Of a stretch of 64,000 bases of DNA, positions 1 through 9,477 are shown in pieces; the first letter of the stretch is position 1; the number at the start of each line of letters is the position of its first letter. Location: positions 16,509 through 80,508 of the forward strand of contig JADGCU010000002.1 of assembly GCA_015228785.1 (NCBI GenBank), given 5' to 3'. This stretch comes from Candidatus Omnitrophota bacterium (GTDB taxonomy: Bacteria; Omnitrophota; Gorgyraeia; Zapsychrales; Fredricksoniimonadaceae). A program made the position numbers and the translations under genes. The notes beneath the pieces are model-generated. The model searched no databases, was not told the DNA's origin, and was given only the letters and a program-made list of their open reading frames with translations.

Positions 1-10
1 GATCGTTTTT

Positions 11-787
11 ATGAAGGCCCTGAATCTCGAGGCCCCCTTTGGCAAGGTTTGCCGGTATTATTTTATTGGGCTTTTTTGTAATCTTTTCCTGCCATCCTCT
101 ATTGGCGGGGATGTGATCAAGGCTGTTGGCCTTTCCCGTCGGGTTGGACAGAAAGCCAAGGTGTTTGCGTCTGTTGTTCTTGATCGTTTGAGTGGGTTTG
201 CGGGGCTCGTGATCGTGGCGCTTGTGTCTTATTTGATCGGGAGCACGATCATTGACGCGCCCTCGGTGATTGTACCGATTGCGATCCTGACTGTTTTGTC
301 GCTTGTTATCGGGGGTGTCTTATTTAGCAAGAGGATCTATGCTCTTGGGTGCAAAGTTTTTATTAAGATCCCGCGGCTTCATAAGGCTCTTATGGATATG
401 CATGCGGATGTCATGCTCATGAAGGGAAGAAAGCGCAATGGTTTTGGATGTATTGGCCTTTCCTGTATCATTCAGGTCTTGGGAGCGTATTTGTATTATT
501 TGATCGGCCTTGCACTTCATATTAAGGCTAGTTTTCTTCATTATTTGATTTTTGGACCTATTGTGAGCGCGGTGACTTTTTTGCCATCGATCGGGGGCCT
601 GGGGGTGCGTGAGATCGGGTGGGTTTATTGTTTGCATAAAGTCGGAGTGGATAAAGAATTGGCCGCGGGTTTAAGTCTGATCAGTTTCTTTTTCATGATC
701 ATTATTGGCTTGGTCGGAGGGATGGTCTATGTCGCGACATTTTCTCATCGACGGGTACAATGTGATCCGTCAGATCTCAAGCCTTGA
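11..787 (+). CDS. Integral membrane protein with a lysylphosphatidylglycerol-synthase-like TM region (UPF0104-like). The 5' end is probably cut by the window edge.
   Basis: The reading frame is open back to nt 2. Hydropathy shows multiple TM helices, and the motif GGDVIKAVGL resembles this family. Confidence 0.5.
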   Translation: MKALNLEAPFGKVCRYYFIGLFCNLFLPSSIGGDVIKAVGLSRRVGQKAKVFASVVLDRLSGFAGLVIVALVSYLIGSTIIDAPSVIVPIAILTVLSLVIGGVLFSKRIYALGCKVFIKIPRLHKALMDMHADVMLMKGRKRNGFGCIGLSCIIQVLGAYLYYLIGLALHIKASFLHYLIFGPIVSAVTFLPSIGGLGVREIGWVYCLHKVGVDKELAAGLSLISFFFMIIIGLVGGMVYVATFSHRRVQCDPSDLKP

Positions 788-1235
788 TGATAAATCGCTT
801 GAGGGCGGGAGGGCATGGCTTGTTCGTTTCATCCAGGACAATGGACCTCAAGGGAGCTTGCGCAACCCTGTGACCGTTGTTTTTGATGGTCAGGAGGGGA
901 TTTCATTCTCGGACTTTCCATCTGGTGTAAAAGTTGTTTTTTCCCGGGGAGAGAGCGCTGATGATGTGATCAAGCGTCTTATTGAGGAAAGCTCTACCCC
1001 GCGGGATATCGTTCTTGTGACAGATGATCGCGATCTTTTATATTTCTGCAGGACATTAGGAGCTGAGATCTGGAGCGTGGACCGTTTCTTAACCCAGGGG
1101 AAAAAGACTGGGCAGCGACTTCGCAGTGGTGTGGCGCGTTCTCGTTCACCTAAGGTTGAGGGGAAGGCTATTCCCCGTGTATTTGAGGACAGGGTTAATC
1201 GCGAGCTTAAGGCTCTTTGGTTGAAAAAGAAATAA
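729..1235 (+). CDS. YacP-like NYN-domain protein (predicted RNA-binding/RNase)
   Basis: The motifs FLIDGYNV, VVFDG and LVTDDRDL are typical of the YacP/NYN family. I placed the start at internal Met 729 because the ORF from 705 overlaps the upstream gene. Confidence 0.55.
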   Translation: MSRHFLIDGYNVIRQISSLDDKSLEGGRAWLVRFIQDNGPQGSLRNPVTVVFDGQEGISFSDFPSGVKVVFSRGESADDVIKRLIEESSTPRDIVLVTDDRDLLYFCRTLGAEIWSVDRFLTQGKKTGQRLRSGVARSRSPKVEGKAIPRVFEDRVNRELKALWLKKK

Positions 1236-1288
1236 GTTGTGAGACTTCTCGTCAAATCCATATCCCTTCGATATAATAAGATCATCTT

Positions 1289-2053
1289 ATGATAAATGCT
1301 GTTTTTCATCCCATTACACGTTTGGGGCAGGCCTCACTCCTTCTTGGCGAGGTTTTTTCCAATATTCTTCGAGGACGCATTCGCTGGAAAGAGGTCTTTA
1401 AGCAGATCTATGACCAGGGGGTTCAGTCTCTTGTGATTGTGATGCTGGTTTCTTTTGCGTGTGGCGCGGTTCTCGCGATGCAGGCGCGGGTCACGATGGA
1501 GCGTTTTGGCGCTAAAGAGTTTATTGCTCAGCTTGTTGTGCTTTCTTTGGTGCGTGAACTGACCCCGGTTTTTACAGCCCTCGTCTTCTCTGGGAAATCA
1601 GGTGCGGGCATGGCTTCTGAATTGGGGACCATGAGTGTTAATAATCAGATCCAGGCCACGCGTACGCTTGGTGTCGACCCGGTGGAATTTTTGGTTGTCC
1701 CCAGGATGATCGCGTGTTTCTTTGTATTGCCTCTTTTAGTTGTGATTGGTGAACTTGTCGGGATCTTTGGGGGTTATGTCATTGCTGTCTGGGAGGCCCG
1801 TATTCCAGGTTCATATTATATTTCTCAAACGATCAATGCTGTCGGGTATATTGATTTCTTTACAGGTTTTTCCAAGGTGTTCTTTTTTTCGATTCTTATT
1901 GGATGGATTTCGTGCTTCCAGGGGTTCTTTACGTCGGGGGGATCGCTGGGAGTGGGGCGTTTCACGACAAAGGCCGTGGCGTTGTGTTATGTAGCCGTGA
2001 TTGTGTCGAACACGATTTTAACAAAGATTATTTTGACATTCTGGGGGAACTAA
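1289..2053 (+). CDS. mlaE: ABC transporter permease, MlaE family
   Basis: The full length resembles MlaE/YrbE/Ttg2B permeases, with the conserved stretch FTALVFSGKSGAGMASELGTM. Confidence 0.85.
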   Translation: MINAVFHPITRLGQASLLLGEVFSNILRGRIRWKEVFKQIYDQGVQSLVIVMLVSFACGAVLAMQARVTMERFGAKEFIAQLVVLSLVRELTPVFTALVFSGKSGAGMASELGTMSVNNQIQATRTLGVDPVEFLVVPRMIACFFVLPLLVVIGELVGIFGGYVIAVWEARIPGSYYISQTINAVGYIDFFTGFSKVFFFSILIGWISCFQGFFTSGGSLGVGRFTTKAVALCYVAVIVSNTILTKIILTFWGN

Positions 2054-2385
2054 TGAGAAAAATTGGATTGATATGTTTATGGGTGTTGCTGGTTCCTTTT
2101 ATGGGGTGTGTGACGACCCCTAAGGCGGGCGATGCGGATGCGTCGTATGCTAAGGTTTCGGATGAGCCTGAGTGGATTCGCAATGGCGAGCCGGTTGAAT
2201 TTGAAGGAGAGATGTGGTATCCGACGGATGAACTTGAGAATCTTTTGTCATCTGAGGTGTATCTCATGGGGGAGTTTCGTGGTGTTCGGTTTTTTATTGA
2301 TCGGGCTGATGTGAAGCCATTGGTTAGGTTATATACTTATTTCGGGAAAAACCGGTACCGCGCCTTTGAAAAGCGGCGGCAGTAG
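2053..2385 (+). CDS. Small hypothetical lipoprotein (110 aa) embedded in the Mla operon
   Basis: ATG at 2053 overlaps the mlaE stop (TAATGA). It has a signal peptide with a lipobox (LVPFMGC). I recognise no family. Confidence 0.5.
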   Translation: MRKIGLICLWVLLVPFMGCVTTPKAGDADASYAKVSDEPEWIRNGEPVEFEGEMWYPTDELENLLSSEVYLMGEFRGVRFFIDRADVKPLVRLYTYFGKNRYRAFEKRRQ

Positions 2386-2387
2386 CC

Positions 2388-3104
2388 ATGATCTCTGTTG
2401 CTCATCTTTCCAAGAGTTTCGGCGGGCAGGTTGTTCTGGACCAGATTTCTTTTGAGGTTCCCTCTGGTCAAGTGCTTGTTGTGCTGGGGCCGAGCGGAAC
2501 CGGCAAGAGCGTTCTTCTCTTGCAGTTGGTGGGCTTGATGGCTCCTGATGAGGGGACGATCACAATTGACGGTGTTCAATTAGCGGATCTCTCGGGGCGC
2601 GATCTTTTAAAATTTCGACAGAATATCGGGTATTTATTTCAGGATAGCGCCCTTTTTGATTTTATGACAGTTGCGGAGAACTTGGCTTTTCCCCTTAAGG
2701 AGCATACGCGGCTTAAGACGGGTGAGATCGATGCCCGGGTTGAGGAATACTTGAAGGATGTTGATATGGCGGGGTCTGGGGATAAATATCCGTCAGAGCT
2801 TTCAGGGGGCATGCGTAAGCGAGTGGCCCTTGCACGTGCGCTTATTATGGACACGAAGGTTTTATTGTGCGATGAGCCGACATCAGGTCTTGATCCGATA
2901 CGCAGCCGGGACATTTCTCTTTTAATTCGTGATCTTTCGAAAAAGAAGAATATGACAACGATTATCACCTCGCATGATGTGAAGAATTCGTTTTTGGTCG
3001 CAGATCGTCTTTTTGTGTTGAATCAGGGCCGCATTGCGGCGCAAGGCCGGGAGGAAGACCTCCGGCGTTCGGGAGATCCGATGGTGAAGGAATTCTTGAG
3101 TTAA
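2388..3104 (+). CDS. mlaF: ABC transporter ATP-binding protein, MlaF-like
   Basis: Walker A GPSGTGKS and ABC signature LSGGMRKRVALARAL are present. Position between mlaE and mlaD. Confidence 0.85.
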   Translation: MISVAHLSKSFGGQVVLDQISFEVPSGQVLVVLGPSGTGKSVLLLQLVGLMAPDEGTITIDGVQLADLSGRDLLKFRQNIGYLFQDSALFDFMTVAENLAFPLKEHTRLKTGEIDARVEEYLKDVDMAGSGDKYPSELSGGMRKRVALARALIMDTKVLLCDEPTSGLDPIRSRDISLLIRDLSKKKNMTTIITSHDVKNSFLVADRLFVLNQGRIAAQGREEDLRRSGDPMVKEFLS

Positions 3105-3109
3105 AGCCT

Positions 3110-3703
3110 ATGGCAAACAATGACATCTTAAAACAGTTTTGGGCCGGGATCTTTTCGATCTTGGGGTTGGGTGTTGTGATCGGCGTCATTTTGTTTATTG
3201 GGATCCAGAAGGGTCTGGCGGAGCCGAAATTTCCACTTGAGGTTATTTTTGAGAAGGTAAGCGGTCTTTCTGAGAATGCTCCTGTGCGTTTGTCGGGGGT
3301 GACGGTGGGGGCTGTTTCGAGAATTGATTTTCTGGAGGAAGAGGTTATGGGGCGGGGGCTTAAGGTGACGCTCGAGATATACAAGAGGTTTGAGCGTCAG
3401 ATCGCGCGTTCGACAAAGATCTCGATCTTTACCGAGGGCGTTCTCGGCGCCAAATATGTGGAGATTGGGCGTGTGACAGGGGCGACGCCTATTGATATTT
3501 CGAAGCCCGTGATCGGGGAGCCGTTATTGGATGTTTATGACATTGCCGAGGTTTTACAGGATACGGCAAGTTCTTTTAATCAGACGACGCATGGTATTGA
3601 TGCGATTATGCATGAGTTGCAGTATATTTCTTTGAAGACCAAGCGTCTTTTGGATCGGATCGAGCAGCGCACGATTGATGGAAGTCTTTTTAAGGTGTTT
3701 TGA
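3110..3703 (+). CDS. mlaD: MCE-domain protein, MlaD-like
   Basis: N-terminal TM anchor followed by an MCE domain (…VRLSGVTVGAV…). Located in the Mla operon. Confidence 0.8.
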   Translation: MANNDILKQFWAGIFSILGLGVVIGVILFIGIQKGLAEPKFPLEVIFEKVSGLSENAPVRLSGVTVGAVSRIDFLEEEVMGRGLKVTLEIYKRFERQIARSTKISIFTEGVLGAKYVEIGRVTGATPIDISKPVIGEPLLDVYDIAEVLQDTASSFNQTTHGIDAIMHELQYISLKTKRLLDRIEQRTIDGSLFKVF

Positions 3704-3725
3704 TAGGGATGAAAGAGGGTGATGT

Positions 3726-4763
3726 ATGGTGTTTCCTTTTTTGAAGAGTCTTTCGCCGTGGCTTAGTATTCCTCTTGTTTTTTGGGTTTGGGTATTGATC
3801 CTCTCTATTGTCAAGAAGATCGTCTTTTCGATGGCAAAGAAATTTGCTGAAAAGACCAAGACAAAGCTTGATGATGTTCTTTTTTCTGCACTTGATCTTC
3901 CAGTTCAGCTCTTGATCTATGCCAGCGGTGCTTTTGTGATCCAGGGTCTTGTGCCCAGAGCGGATTCTCATTTGTTTAAATTCTTTTTTGACGGATTTAA
4001 GATCATCGCTATTATCGCGACGGTTCTTTTTGTGGACAAGTTTCTTAACGGGTTAATTAAACTGTACGCTGAGAAGGTAGAGATTCTCAAGGCTTCGGGC
4101 GGCTTTGTTCATGGTGTTGTGAGAGCTCTTATCATGGGGATTGGAGGGCTCATTATCCTTGATAGTATTGGCGTCTCGATCACGCCGATCATTGCCTCCC
4201 TTGGGATCGGGTCATTAGCTGTTGCTCTTGCGCTTCAGCCGACTTTAGAGAATTTCTTTTCTGGGATTCAGCTTGTTGCTGATAAGCCGATCCAGGTCGG
4301 CCAGTTCATCAAGCTTGAGTCAGGTGAGGAGGGTTTTGTTCATAAGATCGGGTGGCGATCGACTTGGATCACGATGGTGAACAACAATACGGTTGTGATG
4401 CCAAATAAAATGATCGTGAATTCCAGAGTTACAAATTATTCATATCCTAATTCCGAAGTTGTTATTCCTTTCGCGATCAGTGTGAGCTATGCGGCGGACC
4501 TTGATCAGGTGGAACGGGTGACGCTGGATGTGGCCCGGGAAATTCTTAAGGTTGTTCCTGGTGGGCTTAAGCATTTTGAGCCTGTTTTTCGTTATGGGGT
4601 TTTGGGGGAGTTCAGTATTAATTGTACGGTGGCGTTACGAGTGGGCGATATTAATGCTGTGGCCCTGATCAAGCATGAGTTCATCAAGCGGCTTCAAAAG
4701 CGCTATGCCCAGGAGAAAATTGAAATCCCTTTTCCTACCCGGACGATTGTTCAGGCGTCGTAA
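3726..4763 (+). CDS. mscS: Small-conductance mechanosensitive channel (MscS family)
   Basis: TM region followed by the conserved MscS beta-domain stretch ENFFSGIQLVADKPIQVGQFIKL. Confidence 0.8.
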   Translation: MVFPFLKSLSPWLSIPLVFWVWVLILSIVKKIVFSMAKKFAEKTKTKLDDVLFSALDLPVQLLIYASGAFVIQGLVPRADSHLFKFFFDGFKIIAIIATVLFVDKFLNGLIKLYAEKVEILKASGGFVHGVVRALIMGIGGLIILDSIGVSITPIIASLGIGSLAVALALQPTLENFFSGIQLVADKPIQVGQFIKLESGEEGFVHKIGWRSTWITMVNNNTVVMPNKMIVNSRVTNYSYPNSEVVIPFAISVSYAADLDQVERVTLDVAREILKVVPGGLKHFEPVFRYGVLGEFSINCTVALRVGDINAVALIKHEFIKRLQKRYAQEKIEIPFPTRTIVQAS

Positions 4764-4850
4764 ATAGAGGCCTTTCGTTATTATTCATCAGGCCAGTAGT
4801 TTCTATTGTTTTCCTTAATATCAGCGACGGTTTCTTCTTGTCTCCCTTGT

Positions 4851-4879
4851 TTGATAATGCTGTATATATATGTTATATT
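4851..4879 (+). promoter_or_regulatory. Sigma70-like promoter TTGATA-N17-TATATT upstream of the large ORF
   Basis: Found in an AT-rich ~170-nt intergenic region. RBS AGAGG lies 6 nt before ATG 4932. Confidence 0.4.
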
Positions 4880-4931
4880 TTATTTGGATTTGTGAGGTGG
4901 AGAGATTCTATCTTTAATAAAGAGGTTTCCT

Positions 4932-7900
4932 ATGGTTTATACTCATTTCTTTAAGGGTATTCATGCGCGCCTGACGGCCGTATGTGTTCTGACGTGTTTC
5001 ATTATAACGACCGTATTTCCCAGTGCGGTTATGGCCCAGATCCTTTTGCCAGAGCCTGGCACCATGGTGGGCGTGACCAGTGCCTTCACGCCAGCGCTTC
5101 TTAAAGGCGTGCAACTGGATGCCAAGGATCCCCTTCGCTTCAATTTTATCGTGACCCCAGGGGATGAAAAACTGGACCAGAACGGCTTAGAACAAGAGGG
5201 CATGCGCTTTGTTCGTTATTTCATGGCCGGGCTCACTCTTCCTGAAGACACGCTTTGGGTCAACTTGTCACCACATGAAAAAGATCGCATTATTGATGAT
5301 GGTTTTGCCAGGACCGAAATGGGTGAGGCCCTTCTTTCGGAGGATTATATTCTCAAGCAACTTGTTTCTTCTCTTTCCTATCCTGATAGCGATCTGGGTA
5401 AGAAATTCTGGGCTCGTGTCTATGCGGAAGCTGAAAAGCGTCTGGGAACAACAGATATTCCGGTTGAAGCTTTTAACAAGGTGTGGATCGTGCCTGAAAA
5501 GGCGGTCATCATTGAGCAGGGTGCGGGCGCTTTTGTGGCCACGACCCATCTTAAGGTTATGCTGGAGCGTGATTATGTGGCTGAGAAGGCGACGGACAGC
5601 TACGCCTCGAGTAATGTGGTGACGGTTGATCCGGTAACACCTCAGCGCGAGGCTTCTGAAATTGCAGCGCGTGAGATCCTGATCCCGATCCTTGAGAACG
5701 AGGTGAATGAAGGATCTTCTTTTGGCGCCCTGCGGCAGATCTACAACGCGATGGTCTTGGCAGCCTGGTATAAAAAGGCACTTAAAGAATCGATATTAGG
5801 GAAGGTGTATGCGGATCAGGCCAAGTTGGCGGGTATTGATAGGGCAGATCCTGTGATGAAGGAAAAGATCTATCAGCAGTATCTCGCGGCGTTCAAGGCG
5901 GGTGCGTATAACATGGTCAAGGAGGAGACCTCACCGAGCGGGGACGTGATTCCGCGCAAGTATGTTTCCGGCGGTTTGGGTATGCAGCATGTGGCGGACA
6001 CGACGGAAAAGATCACGCCTGCCATGGCAACTCCAGCACAGAAAACCGCTGTTTTGGATCATGCTGATGATGCCCAACAGCTTGTCGTCAAGTTTGGAAG
6101 GCCAGCCCTGGCGGTGTCGAAGAAGCCGGACGAATCTGTGGGAAAGGTGACTCAGGTGGCTCGGGTGATCCAGGTGATTGAAGCCGGGAAAGGTACTTTG
6201 GCCGATGGGCAGATCCTTGGTCGTGAGCTTTTGGCTCTCAAGGGACCGGCGGAACCCGCGATGCTGAATATTCTTTCGGACTTACGGGCCATGATTGCTG
6301 GTGAGTGGAGCCGTGTGTCCGCTGTTCTTAAGGGCGAGAAAATCGCTTTGGCGGCCCAGGTTCAGGGAGCGGGTCGGATCATGCGTGCTTTGAATGGTGC
6401 TCTGGCGCCAGTTGAAAGTAGAGGGGGCATCACGAGGAATCAGTTTCTTAAAGGGGCGCTTGCGGTCGCCGCAGGTCTTGTGATGGCCGGATGCGAAGTC
6501 GGTCAGCCGGGTGGTGAAGATCAAGGTGGCGGGATCTGGAAGTCAGGCGAGATGCAGGATCTTGTGGAAAAAGGGCCCATGGTTCACTGGACGTGGCAAA
6601 AAACAGATCCCAACGCATGGCTAGGGTGGGGGCGCGGGGTTGAGATGTCAGGTGATGTGAAGGATGCCCTGAGTAGTGCAGAAGAATATACACAGCCTTC
6701 TTACGGAGATCTCGTGGTCACCATACCGTCGCAGATTATGAGGGGGACTGCGGTGGCCATTTTGGAAGATATGCAAAAGGTCCGACCGGCACCGAATGGG
6801 GAGTCTATTGGCATGGAGGTCGGGTTCCCGCTGAGGGAAGGCGTGACGACTGTTTCGTTGCAGGATCTTGCCGCCAGGGCTCCGGGTTTTAAATTTTCTC
6901 AGCTCAAGCAGGTCAAGTTCCAGGCCACTTCTCCGACGGGTGAGATCATTGTCGGCCCTGCCACGATCACGCAAGGATCAGCGGCCAGTTCTGAATTCGC
7001 GATGAAGGTGTCATTTTCCCAGGTCGCTGTTTTTATGGCAGCCCTTTCCACATCGGTTTTACTCTGGACGACTCCCAAACATGCCGATTCCGATAAGCTC
7101 AAAGTTTTTGATGTTATCAATAGTGCGCCGCATTATAACTGGCATGGTTCTTTATCGTATCTTTCCTGGATCCCGGAATCTGTGAGCCGTGATATTTTTA
7201 AGGAGATCATCAGGCAGTATCCCAAGACTGAGCAGGCGCGTCGGGCTCAGGCATTCTTGGATGTTCCCCCGACGAGCGATGTAAAGTCCGGAATTCCTTT
7301 TCGGGCCCTCGCTGAGGCGGCCAAAACGGGGCATTTAAAGGTTATTGTGGATTCTAAGGATTTCAATTTAGTGAATTTAATAGTCGAGAAGGCGATGACG
7401 GCGCAAGCTATTGAAAAAACCCTTAGGGATGCGATGGGCCCGACAAAACCGGTGGTAACGGTCTCGCTCGGAGAGAAGCGTTATCCTCTCGGGTTTAATG
7501 TTAACGGGGCGACCGGAAAGATAGACATTAATCTCAAGGAGGTTCGCGTCCCGCAGTTCCTTAATGAAGTCGAGCGCACATTTACGCTGAGTGGCGAAAA
7601 GTGGGCAATGGCCAAGGCGCAATTGAGTCAGGGGCTTACGCAGCCGGAACCTGCGATGCAGGCGGAGGAGATAGCGGTGACCGATTTCTCATTTGATGGT
7701 GAAAAGGCCGCTACGTTTCATTTAAGCAAGAAATTACCGGAAGACATGAGGGGACGGGAAGCCCTTTTGGTTGATGCCAGCGGCAAAACCATATGGGATG
7801 TCACCCGTGATGTTGAGAAGAGTCCTTTTCAAGATACGCTTCGTGTTCTTTCGGGACAGGCTCCGGCTAATGCAGGAGTCCAACTTCGGCTGGTTATCCG

Positions 7901-8183
7901 TGGTTTTATGGGGGGGAGTGATGAGCAGGGCGCAGCCCCTGGCGAGACGGTGTTGCGCGAGCAGTCCGGTATCTCTGACGATACCCAACGGGTCGATGAG
8001 CCGATCCAGGGTGGTATCGATCTGACGCGTGAATATGATCTGCAGATCAAGCGCGATGGCAATGGCATGCCGCTGCCGGTTTATCAGCAGCCGATCGTCA
8101 CTATGAAGATCGACGGGTTTTCTGCGATCTTGATTAATTCTGTACCTGTGGATCTTGCGGCCTTGGTTGGGTTTAGAAGGTGA
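4932..8183 (+). CDS. Large secreted protein of unknown function (1083 aa)
   Basis: Uninterrupted ORF with an N-terminal signal peptide (…PSAVMA/QILLP). GC content (~57-60%) is clearly above the flanks. It has its own promoter and a downstream terminator. I recognise no domains. Confidence 0.6.
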   Translation: MVYTHFFKGIHARLTAVCVLTCFIITTVFPSAVMAQILLPEPGTMVGVTSAFTPALLKGVQLDAKDPLRFNFIVTPGDEKLDQNGLEQEGMRFVRYFMAGLTLPEDTLWVNLSPHEKDRIIDDGFARTEMGEALLSEDYILKQLVSSLSYPDSDLGKKFWARVYAEAEKRLGTTDIPVEAFNKVWIVPEKAVIIEQGAGAFVATTHLKVMLERDYVAEKATDSYASSNVVTVDPVTPQREASEIAAREILIPILENEVNEGSSFGALRQIYNAMVLAAWYKKALKESILGKVYADQAKLAGIDRADPVMKEKIYQQYLAAFKAGAYNMVKEETSPSGDVIPRKYVSGGLGMQHVADTTEKITPAMATPAQKTAVLDHADDAQQLVVKFGRPALAVSKKPDESVGKVTQVARVIQVIEAGKGTLADGQILGRELLALKGPAEPAMLNILSDLRAMIAGEWSRVSAVLKGEKIALAAQVQGAGRIMRALNGALAPVESRGGITRNQFLKGALAVAAGLVMAGCEVGQPGGEDQGGGIWKSGEMQDLVEKGPMVHWTWQKTDPNAWLGWGRGVEMSGDVKDALSSAEEYTQPSYGDLVVTIPSQIMRGTAVAILEDMQKVRPAPNGESIGMEVGFPLREGVTTVSLQDLAARAPGFKFSQLKQVKFQATSPTGEIIVGPATITQGSAASSEFAMKVSFSQVAVFMAALSTSVLLWTTPKHADSDKLKVFDVINSAPHYNWHGSLSYLSWIPESVSRDIFKEIIRQYPKTEQARRAQAFLDVPPTSDVKSGIPFRALAEAAKTGHLKVIVDSKDFNLVNLIVEKAMTAQAIEKTLRDAMGPTKPVVTVSLGEKRYPLGFNVNGATGKIDINLKEVRVPQFLNEVERTFTLSGEKWAMAKAQLSQGLTQPEPAMQAEEIAVTDFSFDGEKAATFHLSKKLPEDMRGREALLVDASGKTIWDVTRDVEKSPFQDTLRVLSGQAPANAGVQLRLVIRGFMGGSDEQGAAPGETVLREQSGISDDTQRVDEPIQGGIDLTREYDLQIKRDGNGMPLPVYQQPIVTMKIDGFSAILINSVPVDLAALVGFRR

Positions 8184-8209
8184 GACTTGAGAGTCAGAAG
8201 TTGATCAAG

Positions 8210-8241
8210 GGCGGCTTTGTATGACAGAAGCCGCCTTTTTA
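8210..8241 (+). terminator. Rho-independent terminator
   Basis: Stem GGCGGCTT/AAGCCGCC followed by TTTTT, immediately after the large ORF. Confidence 0.6.
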
Positions 8242-8303
8242 ATTGAATTTTAAAAGAATATTAGTATATTGTGACTATTCATTAACATATAAAGGGTGGT
8301 CTG

Positions 8304-8597
8304 ATGTTTGTTCTATCAAATCTGTTTACAGCAATAGCCAAGGTCTGTGACATAGGGCTGACTATTTTTTATTGGCTGATTCTGGTTAGGGCTCTTAGTA
8401 GTTGGCTTAATCCTGACCCCATGAATCCGATTGTTCAGTTCTTGGAGCGCACGACGGAACCTATCCTTGCCCCTATTCGAAGGATTCTTCCGCCAATGGC
8501 TATTGATATTTCACCGATTATTGCTTTTTTGATCGTGATCTTTTTAAGGCATTTTCTGGTGGCTACGCTGTATGATGTTTCTTTCTCGGTTCGCTGA
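8304..8597 (+). CDS. yggT: YggT family membrane protein
   Basis: Motif WLNPDP…TEPILAPIRRILPP…DISPIIAFL matches the YggT/Ycf19 signature. Confidence 0.75.
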   Translation: MFVLSNLFTAIAKVCDIGLTIFYWLILVRALSSWLNPDPMNPIVQFLERTTEPILAPIRRILPPMAIDISPIIAFLIVIFLRHFLVATLYDVSFSVR

Positions 8598-8699
8598 TGC
8601 CGGATGAGAACATACTTGCCAAAGGGTGTATTTTAGAGTATAAGAGTGCGTTGTTATTTGTCGGTTTTCATGGATTGCTTTGTTGATGAGGAGATTCTT

Positions 8700-8999
8700 A
8701 TGTTCGATCAGATGAAAAAGCTTATGGACCTTAAGAAGCAGGCTGATAATCTTAAGCGCGAGCTTGAAAAGGTCACCATTGAGTATAATGAAGTGCGTGG
8801 TTTTAAGATCAAGCTGAATGGCGCCCAGATGTTTCAGTCGATTGAAGTTGAGGATAGCTGGCTGGATCCTAAGCAGAAGAGTCGTTTTCAGGTTGAGATT
8901 GTAAGGGCCGTGAACATGGCCATTAAAAAGTCTCAGAAAGAGGCGGCTGTTCAGATGCAGAAGATAGGTGGCCTTAATATTCCAGGGCTTACGAGCTAA
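8700..8999 (+). CDS. ybaB: Nucleoid-associated protein YbaB/EbfC
   Basis: MFDQMKKLMDLKKQ…KLEKVTIE… is typical of YbaB. RBS GAGGAG lies 6 nt upstream of ATG 8700 (the ORF track started at 8646). Confidence 0.75.
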   Translation: MFDQMKKLMDLKKQADNLKRELEKVTIEYNEVRGFKIKLNGAQMFQSIEVEDSWLDPKQKSRFQVEIVRAVNMAIKKSQKEAAVQMQKIGGLNIPGLTS

Positions 9000-9096
9000 G
9001 ATCACTAAATCCTGCTTTTGTGCAGGATCAATTCGCCGGGCTGTGTATGTTCGCATATGGCCTCATACGTGGCCGGCTCATATAAGGGGGAATACA

Positions 9097-9330
9097 ATGC
9101 CTTACGATAAGTCACTGGATGTTGAAATTTTCAAAGAGATCAAGGAATTCGATGGCACGCGCGTGACGGTTGGCGTGTTCTCATACAATGGTGGAGAGAA
9201 GAAGATGCAGGTTGGCCGCGAGAATCAGGATGCTTCCGGCGAATGGCGTTTTAGCAAGCTTGGGCGCATGACCAAGAATGAAGTTCAGGATGTTGTTCCG
9301 GTCATGATGAAGGCTGTTGAGAGAATGTAA
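9097..9330 (+). CDS. Small PC4-like/YdbC-like ssDNA-binding protein (77 aa), tentative
   Basis: The pattern …FDGTRVTVGVFSYNGGEKKMQVGREN…GEWRFSKLGRMTKNEV resembles bacterial PC4-family proteins. Start placed at internal ATG 9097. Confidence 0.4.
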   Translation: MPYDKSLDVEIFKEIKEFDGTRVTVGVFSYNGGEKKMQVGRENQDASGEWRFSKLGRMTKNEVQDVVPVMMKAVERM

Positions 9331-9359
9331 GATTGTAAAATAAGGGGCATAGGCCATAA

Positions 9360-9388
9360 GGCACAAGATAATTTTCTTGTGCCTTTTG
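9360..9388 (+). terminator. Rho-independent terminator
   Basis: Stem GGCACAAG/CTTGTGCC followed by TTTT. Confidence 0.55.
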
Positions 9389-9477
9389 CCTTGTGTCTCG
9401 TTCGCCAAGCTATGTGCTGGCGAGATCACGCTTAGGCCGTTGGTCTCAGCGGGTGTTTAAAACAAGTGGAGTAGAAT

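Noticed and set aside
4961-8068. Many 60-110-aa ORFs on both strands inside the large GC-rich gene.
   Set aside because: High GC suppresses stop codons, and the ORFs are embedded in one long uninterrupted frame, so they are spurious.
9400-9477. tRNA-like or structured element upstream of greA (hairpin TCGCCA…TGGCGA).
   Set aside because: It has no T-loop/D-loop consensus or CCA end. It is a simple leader hairpin only, and I report it no further.
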